DNA of 64,000 nucleotides, taken from positions 808,001-872,000 of the forward strand of contig MU058009.1 in NCBI GenBank assembly GCA_013265495.1, in the 5' to 3' direction. Positions 27,731 to 41,527 of this stretch are shown one piece after another. A model generated the notes under the pieces. That model searched no databases, was not told the origin of the DNA, and worked only from the letters and a program-made list of their open reading frames with translations. The stretch's first letter is position 1. The number at the start of each line of letters is the position of its first letter. This DNA comes from Vicugna vicugna. Taxonomy: Eukaryota. A program made the position numbers and the translations under genes.

Positions 27731-29694
27731 ATTTGTAAATTTCTAAAAATGGGGCTGCGACTTAAAACTCGTAGACTCTAAGGGCTAGAAAGATTTAATA
27801 GTTGGTTTCCAAGTGTAAGCTAAGGACTTAGTTTACCTATTCACAAAAGGTTTAGCAGAATGTCAGTATTTCCGGAGATACTTTTATTGCGGGCAGGAGG
27901 AAAGGTTGTACCTAAAACATTTCGTGAAACACCCACATGATTAGAGTGAAGTAGCCATAATCATTTAAACAATCAGAGTCATTAGTTATATTACTTAATT
28001 CATTTTGAATGTAGAATCATTACCTAACAAAGCCTCCTATTATTTTCTTCATGTAGTGAAATAAAATACATTAAGAAACGTGGAGATGGCCAGGCAAAGG
28101 AGGATATTAGTGGCCACATTTGTACCAGAGCACTTCATAAAGATTGAACATGATATTGCTGGCCTATTTATGAGTTAAAAATATACATTATTTTGTTTGG
28201 CCCATTTTCTGCTCTCCTGGGAACCCAGTTGAATCGTGGCTCATTTTTAACTCCCTCCCCTACTTCTGTATTTTCCATCTACCCAAGCAGATGGGAGGCA
28301 AAGTCACTTTGCTATTGTCAGCTGCACACGGAATCTCTCCCAGAAGCAGGGAAGGTAACAGCCTCGTGTAGAGGACTTTCCGTTCTTAGCTAAACCTCGC
28401 CGCCGTGGCCTGGGGGGCTAATCAAGTATTATAAACACTGATTAAATAAGGTAGGTCATTTCCATCACCATTTTCCAGCGGGGGAGATGGAGGCGCCTCA
28501 CATGGGAACGTTATTTGCAAACTCAGGAAGATGATGCATTCTTGCTTAATTCCTTTCCCCTCGCAGATGCCAGCAGAGAGCAGTGGAGGAGTTAGACGAG
28601 AGTTTGAACAGTGTTCAAACAAGTCACATTTGGGGGCTGAGGTGTCTCATTAAAAACTTCCTGTTTTATGGCTCTGCATCCATATGCTGAGTATCCAAAT
28701 CCATGACAGCGGCCGCGCGCAGCTCCTGTCTTAGCATCTAACAGTCCTTGCCAGGAGGGATGAGAAAGTTGATTGCACGAAGCTTTGCCAATGTCTCTCG
28801 ACAGGAAAGAGCAAAAAAAAAAAATCCTCCTGAACAAATGAAATGTCAGTCAAAGCCCAAGCATATTAAAGCAAGAGAAGTGATATTATTTTCTTAGATG
28901 AGAGATGAACTGGTTTCTAATTAATTCCTAGGATGGGCAATAAGCCCGCATGGCTGGTTTTATGACTCAGGAACAGTCTTTAGTCCAGGTTTGTTTGCTT
29001 GTATGTTTTTTGCTGTTTGTTGTTGCTTTTACTTGTCTGCTCACCTCCTCGTAAAGTTGATGTTATTGTGCAACTTGGAGAACCACAGTTTGGGGAGCTG
29101 AAAGAAGGGTATAGCTCAGAATTTCTACTTTCTTTCTTAATGAGTTGTGGTCTGTGAAGTGTTAGAACCGGCTGAGATTTGGAGGGAAAAACAAAACAAA
29201 ACAAAACCCAAGTTTGAACTGCTCATATCTCATCAGTCCCCCACCCTCAGCCCTGCTCTGAGCTCTGGGTGGTCTCGCAGGAATGTTCCCTCTCCTAAGA
29301 AACAAATGGTTTGTGTGGCAGTGTGGGTGGGAGGCTGGAAAGAAAAAGATGATTTCAGAATGAAATAAGACTTTTGAAATGTGTTGCAACTTCACGGCAG
29401 GGAACGTGGCGTTGGAACGCACCAGCAGTGGTGCGGATTCGATGCCATTCTCGTAACTGCGTTCTCTTCAGTGGCTTTTCTTCTTGAAGGTTGGATGGGG
29501 GCCAGTCTCTGCATCTTCCACTTTTGGGGTCCACTGACTCATGGGCTCCTGATGGAGGCACACCCCTCACTCCCTGCTCTTACTGTGGGTCACATTTACA
29601 AAACCACACTCCAGAGACAACATGCACAGAACTGGCCGCCAGACCATCCCTTCCTTAGTTCAGAGTTTTAGAGCAAAGTGTTACCTTACAGATT

Positions 29695-29850
29695 GTCTGC
29701 ATCCTTGCTACTGAAGATGCAGCTGAGCATGGCTATTGCAGGAAGCCTGGAGAAACACAGAATTCCCACTTCAAACCTCCTGATTCAGATCACGCCTCTG
29801 ACCAAGATCCCCATGTGATGCAAATGCACATTACAGTCTGAGAAGCGCTG
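29695..29850. mobile_element. MER5A-like hAT-Charlie MITE
   Basis: caagatccccatgtgatgcaaatgcacattacagtctgagaagcgctg. Confidence 0.7.
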
Positions 29851-31897
29851 CTCTTGATCAAACCCCGCATCTTCTAGATTAGGACACAGTGGCCCTGATC
29901 TGGGGAGTTACTAGCTAGTGTCATCCAACCACAGATCAGTGCTCACCCTCCCGCTTTCTCCAGGTGTACTGCCCCCTCTCCATGCGACACTGATTCTCCT
30001 GAACCTGGACTTCAGAGTTATTTGTATACTTGTGTTGACTAGTGAATAAGAAAATGGGTCCTTATTCATGGAAACATGAATTGTGCCTGGATTTTTCCAT
30101 TATGTCTGATACAACTTGGTGACACCACCTGGCGCCCTGCCTGTGTACGTAGGAGGTGCCCACGGACACTATTACCATATGCATAAGGTTATTTATGCTA
30201 ATCATTCATGCCATCATTAATTTTGTATGTACAGTGAAGTAACAGAAAGTAGTGAAGCTTCTGTAGAGGTTGTCTGATCCACCCAACTAGCCTGCACACC
30301 AGGCTGGGAAATCCTCGAGGCTGGTATGGCCGGTGTACTTCCACTTGGATTCCTGTCGGAGGCTAGGAAGCGGCTTGCTGGCGGATCATCTACCAGTGCC
30401 TCACGGCTCCTTGTGATCATGAGAGGATTCCTAAGCCTGCTTCCTCGATCAAGTAAAGAGAGGTGGAGTCATTGCAGACACTACCAGCGCCTTCTGGGAG
30501 AATCCCTTCTGCTAATTGTGGGCTCAGTCTTTCCGCCTAATTGGGAGCCAGCTCACCTCCTGGCCAGCTGTCTCTCTTCTCTGGATTCTTTCTTCCTGTT
30601 CTTCTCTTCCTGTTCCTCCCCTCCTCATTTGTCGAGCGTCTGCCATATGCTAGACCCTGCAGTAAGATCAGCAAAATCAGTAGTGCTGAATTTCTTCCCT
30701 CCGAAAGATCTTATTGTAGCTCATAGGGGTCACCTGTGATGGGTTTCCTTTGTTCGCCCGTCCTGAAGTCCAAAAAAGGTTGTTAGAGTGAAAAGAAATT
30801 GAGTGCCCGCTTGATTACACTAAGAAGCCCGTCCATCTTCATGCGTCCCTGGTGCTTTTTACTCATTGGATTGTAAGTTAGGAGCAGTTTGGATGTGTGA
30901 GCTAATCCCCTCCCCTAGATGCCTGAATCGGAGCTCCCTGCTCCTCTCCCTCTCTCTTACAGGCACGTCATAACTGGGCTCAACACCCACAACCATAGTG
31001 GCATGTGTAGGATTTCTTTGCTGGAGGCTGGATGTATTCTCCCTTTAGACAATTTCACTTCCTGGGCACGGAATGCCAGACCCAGGGCCTGAGGAGCACA
31101 TCAAGTGGCAGAAATGATAATGCCTGTTGTGGAAGACGTTAAAGCTATCTGTTTTAGGATCAGACCTTTTTTCTTTTTTTTGCATGAATGATGCATGACC
31201 AGGTGACAGTACGCATTTGATATATGCTATGCCTTTGGAGGACAGAACTAGGGCGGTCCTCTCTGGGCCGTGCCAGGGGCCTCCACACACAGGCACGGAT
31301 TATCGCAACTCCACGAACTGCATATGCAGCAGAGTTTTACTTCAAAGGCTTGAACCACGATTCCATCTTGTTCTTAAATCAGAGGGTTTAAATAGCAGTG
31401 CCGTGTTTAATTAGGGCCTGTGTAAGACTTCAGCTTTGAGGTAGAACAACCTCAGAAATGAATCCTTTCATGTCCAAGAGGTATGTAATAAAATAAAAGC
31501 CTTATGCATGTGTAATGAGCAAAGGTGGGGTCGATCAGAATCAGAGGGAGACCTGGATGACAGGGTTGGAGAAGGCACTTTCTAAGACTACACGGAAAAA
31601 CTAACCAATATCTAATAAGACACTTCCAAGTGGAAGGCCTGCTGGGGCTGGTTTAATAAATAGCCAAGTTTTACATAGTAAATAGTTTTAAAAGAGATTA
31701 GAAAGTTTATACTTTAGGTAGCATTAACCTACCTCCTTTAATTAAGTGATGGAGAGGCTATAGCATAACAGGCAGGCATGAAGTCCCTGAAAGCAGACAG
31801 TTGTGTTTCGAATTTTAATTCCTCTGTTTGCTAGCTATCTGCTTGACCATTCCAAATGCTCATTTCTCATTTTTAACGTAAGAGTAATAAAACCCAG

Positions 31898-32203
31898 GTC
31901 TATGAGTCTGTTTCTGTTCTGTATTTATGTTTTTTTTTTTTTTTAGAATACAAACTTGTGGCTGCCAAGGGGGCAGGGAGTGGAAAGGGACAGGCTGGGA
32001 TTTCAAAATGTAGAATAGATAAACAAGATTATACTGCATAGCACAGGGAAATATATACAAGATCTTGTGGTAGCTCATAGTGAAAAAAATGTGACAACGA
32101 ATATATGTGTGTTCATGTATAACTGAAAAATTGTGCTCCACACTGGAATTTGACACAACATTGTAAAATGACTGTAACTCAATAAAAAAATGTTTAAAAA
32201 AAA
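31898..32203 (+). mobile_element. Young L1 3' end with 5' inversion, inserted in a MIR (~31750-32280)
   Basis: ~31898-31949 is antisense L1 (gtctatgagtctgtttctgttctgta); ~31950-32203 is sense L1 tail; imperfect TSD agtaataaaaccca/gataataaagccca. Confidence 0.8.
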
Positions 32204-32309
32204 GGATAATAAAGCCCAACCAATTGGAGAGTCATATGGGTTACATGAGATAATATATGTAAAATGCCTGTCCTATAAACGATACAGCAAAACCGAGTCT
32301 TTGTGGGGG

Positions 32310-33520
32310 GGGCATGCAGATCTGTGACTGTTACAGTATTTACAGATTATCGTAACCACAGAATGCAGAACAGCTCCATGTCCCCGAAAGACTCCTTTGT
32401 TCACCTCTTTGTGTGCCACCCCAGCCTCCTAACTCCTGGCAAATGCTGATATATCCTCCATCACTGTAGATTTGTCTTTTTGAGACTATCATATAAATGG
32501 AATTATGCACTATATAACCTTTTGTAACCAGCTTCTTTCACTCCACATAATGCTTTTGAGATTCATCCAAGTGGTTGTGTGTATCCACAGTTTGTTCCTT
32601 CCCGTTGCCGAGTGGCAGTCCAGTGCGTGGATGTATCACAGCGTGTGTATCATTCACTCTTTGAAAGGCACTTGGATTGTTTCCAGGTTTGGCAACTGTG
32701 ACTACAGCTGCTATCAACATTTGATGTACAGCTTTTTGTGTGAATGTGGATTTTCAAGTCTCAAAGGTAAAATGTGCCGGAGTAGGACTTCTGGGTCCTA
32801 TGGTAAATATATGTTTAGGTTTAGAAAAACTGTTTCCTGAAGCAGCTGTACTACCGTGCAGTAAGGCATGAGAGTTTCGGCTGCTCTGTGTCCTGGCTAG
32901 CACTTGGTATTGTCAGAATGTTTTATTTTAGCCATTCTGGTAGGAGTGTGGATGGATCACGTGTGGTTTTAATCTGCATTTCCCCAATGGCTGTCTCTGG
33001 GTGCTATTGATTATCTTTCTGTGCTGGTGTGTTTTGTTTTACCCTATATATATATCCTCTTAGGGGAAGTGTCTGTTTAAGGTTTTTGCGTATTTTCAGT
33101 TGAGTTGTTTGTTTCTTACTATTGGAATTGTGTCATCTACAGATGAATTTGAAATTGACATTTTTACCTGTTGTCTCCCAATACACGTACACTGTGTGTC
33201 CCTGCATTTATTCGGTCTTCTTTGATTTCTTTCATCAACGTTTTACAGTGTTCAGCACAGAGATACAGTACAGTATGAATTGTGAGATTTATACCTAAGT
33301 CTTTTATGTTTTTTAAAGCTATTATAAGCAGTGCTTTTTTAAAAAAAAAATTCTGTTTCCAACTGTTTATTGCCACTATGTATAAATACAGTGGATGTTT
33401 GTGTGTTACCTTATATCCCGTGACTTTGCTAAACTCATTATTTCTAGGGTTTTTTTTGTTGCTTTCTTGAAGTTTCTACATAGAAAATTATGTCACCTGT
33501 GAATAAGGATGGTTTTATTT
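32310..33520 (-). mobile_element. L1M fragment
   Basis: atataaatggaattatgcac, ttttgagattcatccaagtggttg; ORF 33164 IKDLGINLT. Confidence 0.85.
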
Positions 33521-34682
33521 CTTTTCCACGTTCCTTCCGCTGTGCTTTCTACCCACAGGCCAGTGCCCACTTAGAGCTTTTATGCTACTGTAAGCCCACA
33601 GGAGAGGAGAAAGGAATTACGATATGAAACTTGCTGCCAATTTAGTGGTACTGGAATTTTTGTCTTCTTCGCCAGCCCTCTTGCTACTATTTACTATTAA
33701 GAGCCCCCAAAAGGATGCTCTGTGCATTCTGTACTGGCGATAGAGCTGCATTCAATGGGAGGGACAGTGTGGTTGGGTTTTCTCCATCTTACCTCGAATG
33801 AAAACCAGAGACTGGATTTGAAGTATTTTCCCCCCCAGTCACCAGAGTATATTTGTATTTCTCCATTCATGCTCTCTTTTCTGTCCCTGCTCCTTAACTT
33901 CCTCTTCTGACCTTAATCCTAGACACGCAGCCAGGGTTGAGAGCAAGAAGTGCTGTCAGTGGAACACAGTACAAGCAAGTGTACATTGAGCTTTGGCTCC
34001 CTTTGCACCAGGCTCCAAGAAATTGAGTTAAATGAGTCTGGACACAGGGCAAGAGAAAACTTTAACTCGGCTTATGTTCAGATTATTTCGAATTAGTGAG
34101 TTAATGAGCCCCTTAAGCCACCGAAATTATCTGGATCAATTTACAACACAAGAAATCAATGAAAAGCTTTCTTTGGTTAGCCAGTGTGGTTATTGGTAAT
34201 TCTGCCATCTCTGCACTTTAAAATGTGAGTGTGTGCATGTGTTGCCTGTGTCGGGGTGGTCTGCAGTGACAGGTGGCTGGCGGCTCCAGTGAACGGAAAG
34301 AATTAAACAAAGGATGGGGTGACATGAAGCTCTTGAGAGCGTGATTTGACTGGTTTCACTGGTTTCATTGGGTTTTGTCTTTTTCGCTGGAGTCTTCAAG
34401 CAAACCTTGACTCTCCGTAAACATCTGTGTGTTCACAACCGATCTGGCTGGTGAGGTTAAACTGATCTAACCCCGTGGAATCTGCTTTGTAGCCTCCTGC
34501 TGTTTCAGAATGAACTTTGGGAGGAAAGTTATCCACCTTTAAGCCGCTGCTGTTCTTTGCACAGCATTTGGCTTCTCAGTCGGGGACACGGGCACCGACA
34601 CCCTGCAGGGTTCCCTTTAACGCACCCTCCAACTCTCAGGCTTGCACTGCGCACGGAGGCTCTAAGCGCTGGTCTGTGACAT

Positions 34683-34698
34683 CGCCATCTGGTGGCCC
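34683..34698 (-). promoter_or_regulatory. Candidate CTCF binding site
   Basis: GGGCCACCAGATGGCG on minus strand, close match to the CTCF core CCAC/G(C/T)AG(A/G)(T/G)GGC. Confidence 0.55.
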
Positions 34699-36156
34699 CA
34701 AAGCTACAAGGATGAGAGAGAGAGAGAGAGAGAAAGAGGACTTGCTGTTTTCTAGGTTTTCTTCCAAGCCATTTCTTCTGCTGCTCTCAGTTGATTTAGG
34801 GGGAACTCATGACAGAATTGTGCATCAGTTTTGGCCTCTGACCAAGTCATTTCTCTCCCTGCATGTGCATACTCAGAGGTGGACGAGGTCAAGGAGAGAG
34901 AAAAAAGCAGAAGGACTGGGAACCCAACAGGGATTCTGATAAGGAACTCTAAGAATTGGGTAGAGAATGTGGTGCTCCTGAAATGCATCTGATCCAAGTG
35001 TAGTTGCATCGAATTTCCTTCTCTGCTTGGGTACTCTTAGGAGTTTTTAGTCTCCTTAGCACAGACAACATATTTGGATTGAGATTTTTTTTTGTTTGTT
35101 TTTTACTATCATGGTTCTTGGTTTGTTCATTGATGAAGAGTGACTTCTGCACCATGCTCCTCTTCCCAGGTCCCTGCACCTCCTCCCCCTGCCTTAGCCC
35201 CCAAAGGGGCTCTGCTGTTTCATGGGTTACATTTTGCTTGTTTTGCCTAAATAAATCTGGAGAGTTTTTCTGTTCCCTGAAATTTTTAGTATTCTAGGAG
35301 AAAATGCCAAAAGGAACACTGGCTGCTCCGGTAATCCTGATGGAAACATAAGCTCATCAGGAGCAGGAATCTGTGCTGTGCTTTTATTTCACCACCGTTG
35401 GCATCTCATCCCTCTTCCCCAAATTGCTCACCTGAGGAATTTCTCTTCCATTTCTCTTTTCCAATTTCTCCTTTATGTGAAATGCATATATGTGTGCCTA
35501 CGTTTGTGTGTCTATATCTGTGTGTGTGTGTGTGCGTGTGTATATATATATATATATATGTATGTGTTATATAAAAGAGACACAGTGAAGGTTGAAAGCC
35601 AAACCGTCTATATACTGAATGGCCAACTTCTGTGCAGTCAAGTATCAAAGTGATTTATTACATGTGAATTTAGAAACATTTAAGCACAGGTTCTAAAACT
35701 ATTTCATATTATTTTTTAAAAATCTAAAAAACTTGGAAATTGAAGACTAATTCACTCTAAAATATTCATAGACACCAAGTGATTAGTTGGAACCTAAATG
35801 TAAATTAAAACTGGGGACTTCACTGTCAGACAAACTCGTGAAAAGACTAGAGTACCCGGATCACTGACAGATTCACTGAGGATACAGAAGGGAAAACAAA
35901 AGTCCCCTGACTATTCAGAATCGCTGTGACAAAAGCCGTGTGCCAAAAATTAAGGTCTAATTCTTCACTTAAAAGTGAATTCCTTATATCCACAGTCAGT
36001 CTATATAAATGACTATTACTGCTGAATGAACTATGTTAATAAGGTTGGCTGTATGATTTTTCAAAACCACATTAAAAAATGCAGAGTTTGACAGTGGAAG
36101 TTTCATTTTAGCCAAACAAAATGGGATGTGGGAAAGAGACATGGAAAGAGGGAGGT

Positions 36157-36600
36157 TGTGGTACAATAAAGCATTTGTCTGGTCTTTGTCCCAGGTTCCT
36201 GGCATGGGGCTTCTAAACCCTTGGCATTCCCTGGTGACAGAGTGTCTTTGTTACTCATCAGCACCTTGAATCGTATCTGAGTTTATGCTAATGAGGTGGC
36301 TGGTGGTGGTGGTGGTGATGCTGGTGGTGGTGGTGGTGATGCTGGTGATGGTGGTGATGGTGGTGGTGATAGTGGTGGTGGTGGTGGTGGCCCCCTAGAT
36401 AGGATGGAGTCTGACCACCAGAGAGACTGACCATGTGATTAGAGGGTTAGTCTTTGAGCCAGCTCAACCTCCAAGGAGGGGAGAGGCTGGAGACTGAGTG
36501 CAGTCGCATGGCCAGTGATTTAATAAATCAAGTCTATGCCCTAAAACCCCAGTAAAAATTCTGGACATTTGCTCAGTGAGCGTCCTGGTTGGTGCAGCTT
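36157..36600. mobile_element. MER21-like LTR containing a (GGT)n expansion (~36296-36390)
   Basis: tttgtctggtctttgtcccaggttcctggca, gagtttatgctaatgaggtg, gaccatgtgattagagggtt. Confidence 0.7.
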
Positions 36601-36604
36601 CTAC

Positions 36605-37441
36605 GTGAGCACTGGCTGCTTCATCTGTCACTTCTATGTTATGGAGACGGCTTATTTCCTTAAACCTCATGAACCCACCCCTGGTAGCTTCAGACTTTTC
36701 TTCTGCAGTTTCCTCACTTCTCTTGGTTTCCATAGAATGGAAAAGAGTTAGGACTTTGCTCTGGATTAGGCTTTGGCTTAAGGGAGTGTTGTGGCTTTTT
36801 TATCTTCTATCTAGACCACTAAAACTGTCACCGTATCAGCAATAATGCTGATTTCAATTTTTTTATCATTTGTGTGTTCACTGCGGATGCACTTTTAATT
36901 TCCTTCAGGAAACTTTTCCTTTGCATTCACAACTTGGCTTCTTGGCACAAGCAGCCTAGCTTTCAGCCTAGCATGCCTTTCTTACTGAGCTTAATCATCA
37001 CTAGCTTTTGATTTAAAGTGAGAGATATGTGATTTTTTTCCTTTCACTTGAACACCTGGCCTAATTTCAATATTATTTAGTCTCAGGGAACAGGGAGGCC
37101 CAGTGAGAGGAAGAAAGATTGGGGGATGGCTGGTCAGTGGAGTGGTCAGAACACACACAACATTTATCCGTTAAGTTTGAAATCTCACCTGGGCATGGTT
37201 CGTGGCACCCCAAACAATTACAGTGGTAACATGAAAGTCACTGATCTCCATCAGAAATGTAACAGTAAAGAAAAAGTCTGAAAGGAGAGAATTACCAGAT
37301 GTGACACAGGGACATGAAGTAAGCAAACAGTGTTGGAAGAATGGTGCTTATAGACTTGCTTGATGAAGCGTTGCACAGACTTCCCATTTATAAAAAAAAC
37401 AATGCAGTATCTGTGAAGTGCAGGAAAGTGAGGTATGGCTG
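36605..37441 (-). mobile_element. Tigger1 DNA transposon fragment (transposase N-terminal region)
   Basis: ORF 36464..36733 [36 protein letters not shown] matches the Tigger1 transposase; terminal gaggtatggctg. Confidence 0.88.
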
Positions 37442-37969
37442 TCTACACCATTATAAGGAGTTGATGATCTTATGTGAAGCCATATTCCCTCGAAGGCAGG
37501 GGTCCTTTATCTTTTGAGACTATATGGAATAACTCTGTGATGGGTGATATAGACTCTTACCCCAGAAAAATTCATATACAAATGCAATTTTGCTTACAAT
37601 TTCAGGTTCACAGACCCACTGAACCCTGTCCACGGTGCTCTGGTCCACTGAGTCAAGGTGCAGAGCCCAAGTGTTATGCGTCAGCATAGACTGATGAAAG
37701 CGAGAGGTGCCTGAACTCAGAATAATAACCACATCACCTCTTTGCTATTTACAGGAGTGTGTAACTAAGCCATATCTTCCAGGATTTTGGGGAAAATCAT
37801 TTTTGACATAAAAGGAATATCTGATAAGTGGTAGCTGTTACATTTCTGAAAACCCACTTGCTAATAATATACTTGTGTGTTAGAGGATTCATTTTCTTAC
37901 CTTTTTTTTTTGAATATTGGTTTTCCTTCTTATTTACATATAGATATGCTCATTGCTAAATAAAATAAG

Positions 37970-38190
37970 GATACTAACTGCTATATATAAAACAGATAAA
38001 CAAGTTTCTAGTGTGTAGCACAGGGAACTATATTCAATGTCTTGCAGTAACCTATAATGCAAAAGAATATGAAAACAAGTAAATGTACGTGTATATAAGA
38101 CTGAAACATTATGCTATACACCAGAAATTGCCATAACTTTGCAAATTGACTATACTTCAATAAAAATAGGTAATTAAAAAAAGAAGAAAA
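37970..38190 (+). mobile_element. Artiodactyl-type L1 3' end
   Basis: tagcacagggaactatattcaat...tgactatacttcaataaaa. Confidence 0.85.
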
Positions 38191-40476
38191 TAAAAATCTC
38201 ATAAAATTTCATCATCCAGAGAAGCCAGTGTCAGTTTCTTTAATCTGTTTTCAATCAACGAACAGACATTTCCTGTATCAATATTGACTGATATGACTAT
38301 TTAAATGCATAATATTTTGCATAATATTCTACTCATGTAATTCCATAATTTATGAAATCAATTTCCTATTGATGAATGCTATTTTCAAATGTTAATTATT
38401 ATAAATAATCCTCTGATAAAATACCTAATACGTATGCCTTTGAAAGCTATTGTTTCTTGTCTTAGAAAACATTTTTAGAAACATAATTGCTCAGGCAAAG
38501 GATGTGTGAGCTTTGTTTTTTGAAAAATATTGCCAAATGCACCTTTGAAAACCTAAACCCAGTTGCCTTAGTACCAATAGGACACAGAGCTAGAAATATG
38601 ACCAAATCCTAACAATACATATCTTGTAAACCTTTCCAATCTTTCCCAAACTAATAGATTAAAAAAATTAAAAAGCTCTTTATCTGTGTTGTTTTTTGAT
38701 TAATTAGTATTTTTGTATCTTTAGCATTTACTGAATATTACCTGTTTCTATCTTTTGCTTTTTTTTTGGAGGGAAATTTGTTTCTTTTGTTGCTCTTCTT
38801 CCCCAGAGATTATTATATATTAGGGTTAAAAAGTTTTTGTCTGGTATAAACCATTTTGTTTTCCAGTTTCCAGTTGCTTTTCAGGTTTGTTTAGGTGATT
38901 TTTTTTTTCACATGAAAGATTAAAAAAAAGAAGATGTAGTCTATTTAATCAAACATTTAAATTCCAGTTTCTGTATTTTATATCATTCTTAGAAAATAAT
39001 CTTATTTTTCAAGAGATCATTGTAGAATATTAGTTTATAAAATAATAAAAAAACACATAATTAACCTATTAACCCGTTTTTAAAAAAATCTGTGTCTTGA
39101 TAGGAGACACCCTTATAATGGAGGATACTTTTTAATATTAAAACTTTCCAAAACTTCCAAACTTTGGACCTGAATTTTTATAGAAAGTAGGTTAGAATCA
39201 AAGGAAGAGAACACATTATAAAATCAAAAGTCCTGCTTTGAAACAGTGTTTCACCACTTAGCAATTAGGCAACCTGTGGAAAATCACCTCTCTGAACCTC
39301 ACGTCTATTAAAATATGTCAAAGTGTTAAAATATATTGCCTAATCATAAATTGTTTTTTTTTTCTGGAACATATTAGTTACTAAATAAGGACTTGTTTAA
39401 AATAACTTGCTGTTTTTGAAATTTTTACAGCCTGTGTAATTTCCTTCCTTCCTTTTCTATAATCATACTGCACTTTGTACAGATTGATTTTAAACAAAAC
39501 TTTCTAAAATATTTAATTCATACAAAATGTTTTAATAAGTATACAGGCTTAAAAAGCAATCAACAACAACTGACATATACAATTAAATCACCAGGGCTTT
39601 GGAGGCCTGGGTGCACTTCCTGATCCATCACTTGTGTCACCCCCTCCTCCACGCCCTCAAATAATTGTAACATTATATCCTGAAGTCTGTGTTACATTTC
39701 TTTGAATATCTTTACAACTAACCTCATGTACATGCTGCTGAACTTGACGTAAGTAGTGTTACACTGAATGTACTCTTTTATACCTGTATTAAAAATAAAT
39801 TTTAAAATTCATTGTTGCTGTATGTTCCTGAGATTCATCATATAGTTGGATTTCATTCATATTTATTTATAGTATCCGATTATATAAATGTACTGCAAGT
39901 CATTTATACATTTCCTTGAAAACACCTGCCATTCTCATGGCGCACCCATACCAGAGTGCGCCTCAAATCCGACCTCCCGGAGCCTAGATGAGGCTAAACT
40001 GTGTTCCCAGATCAGTGTACTCTGAGAGGTGTATTTCTATCATTTCCTATTCTTTTCAGCACTTAAAATGGTCAGACTTACTAATTTGGGGGGAATAAGA
40101 TGCCATTGTATTGTGGCTTTCATTTGCATGTATCTCCTTATTAATAATGTTGAGCAAATTTTCTTCCGTTCACAGCCGATCATTTTTCTCATCTGTGAAA
40201 TGCTAATTCAAACCCTTTGCCAAATTTTAACTTGGTTATCTTTTATCATTATTTTTTTCTTTACATATTCTCTGTACTGCTAGGGTTCCTCTCCCCAAGC
40301 TCTCTCCTTGGCACATCATTTTGTTCAGGACCACAAACTAGCAAACACAATGAGGTAAAAAAAATCTATCTGCAGTATGTTGGTTCCATTTTTCCTGAGA
40401 TTACTCCTTTTCTAATGTTTCCCCCTCAAAACTTGATTACCTTACTAGTGCTGAGATTTCCTCAAATAGGTGTTTG

Positions 40477-40514
<38 letters not shown>

Positions 40515-41219
40515 TCTTGGCAAGCATTTTGCCTGCCGCAGGCTGTTTCATCGTATTTGAAGTTGGCTGTCCCCCTCATGTGTCCTTAATTTGGGGTTTA
40601 TTTATTTATTTTTATCTCTATAATTAGATTTTTTTAAAAACAATCTACTTAGACTTTTCCAATGGTTTGTTTTCTTCCATATTAAGCATACTTATTACCT
40701 ATTACTTTCTTTTTTATGGCATTTTCTTTACAGGTCTGGTTCTGCTGTTAGCTGTTTCTGCTGTCTCTTGCTCATGGTTCTTTGTTTTCTTGAGGGTTTT
40801 GACAGTTTTACTACGAGCTGATGCTCTTTGGAACTTTATCTGTGGAAAGTTTTTGTTGCCTGATTTGAAGGTGTGCTCGTTCAGAGAGGATTTTAATTTG
40901 CTTCCGACAGGGATCCTGGGAAACCGACAACCAGTGTGTCATGTTGCCTTCAAAACAGAGAGGCTCAAAGACGTCAAGATTCAGCACTTGTCCTCAGGCC
41001 AAAAGTTAACTTCAACAACCTCGATGAATTCTTTTTAGTCCCATTTGATATATTTTAACCTTATTATCATAAAGTCAAAAACAGATACAGAATATCACAC
41101 AAAAATATATAACTACGTATAAAGTAAACACGTTTATACCAATACTCAGATCAAGAATAGGACTTTACATCATCTCTATCTGCTCTGTGTCAATCACATA
41201 TCCTTCATTTCCATTTTTT

Positions 41220-41527
41220 TCATTATTATATTTGTTATGGTGGTCTGTGATCAGCAATCTTTGCTGTTGCTATCACAAAAAGATCACTATTCACTGAAGT
41301 GTCATGATGGTTAGCATTTTTTAGCAATAATGCATTTTTACATTAAAGTATGTACATTGTGTTTTTAGACATAATGCTATTGCACACTTAATGGACTACA
41401 GGATAGTGTAAATGTAAATTTACATGCAGTGAGAAACCAAGAAATTCACGTGACTCTCTTGATTGTGACAGTCGCTTTATTGCGGTGGTCTGGAACAGAA
41501 TCCACAATATCTCTGAGGTCTGCCTGT
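41220..41527 (+). mobile_element. Tigger1 3' end
   Basis: gatggttagcattttttagcaataa...tctctgaggtctgcctgta. Confidence 0.8.

Noticed and set aside
29105..29120. gggtatagctcag resembling a tRNA-derived SINE head
   Set aside because: Only ~13 bp; no B box or body
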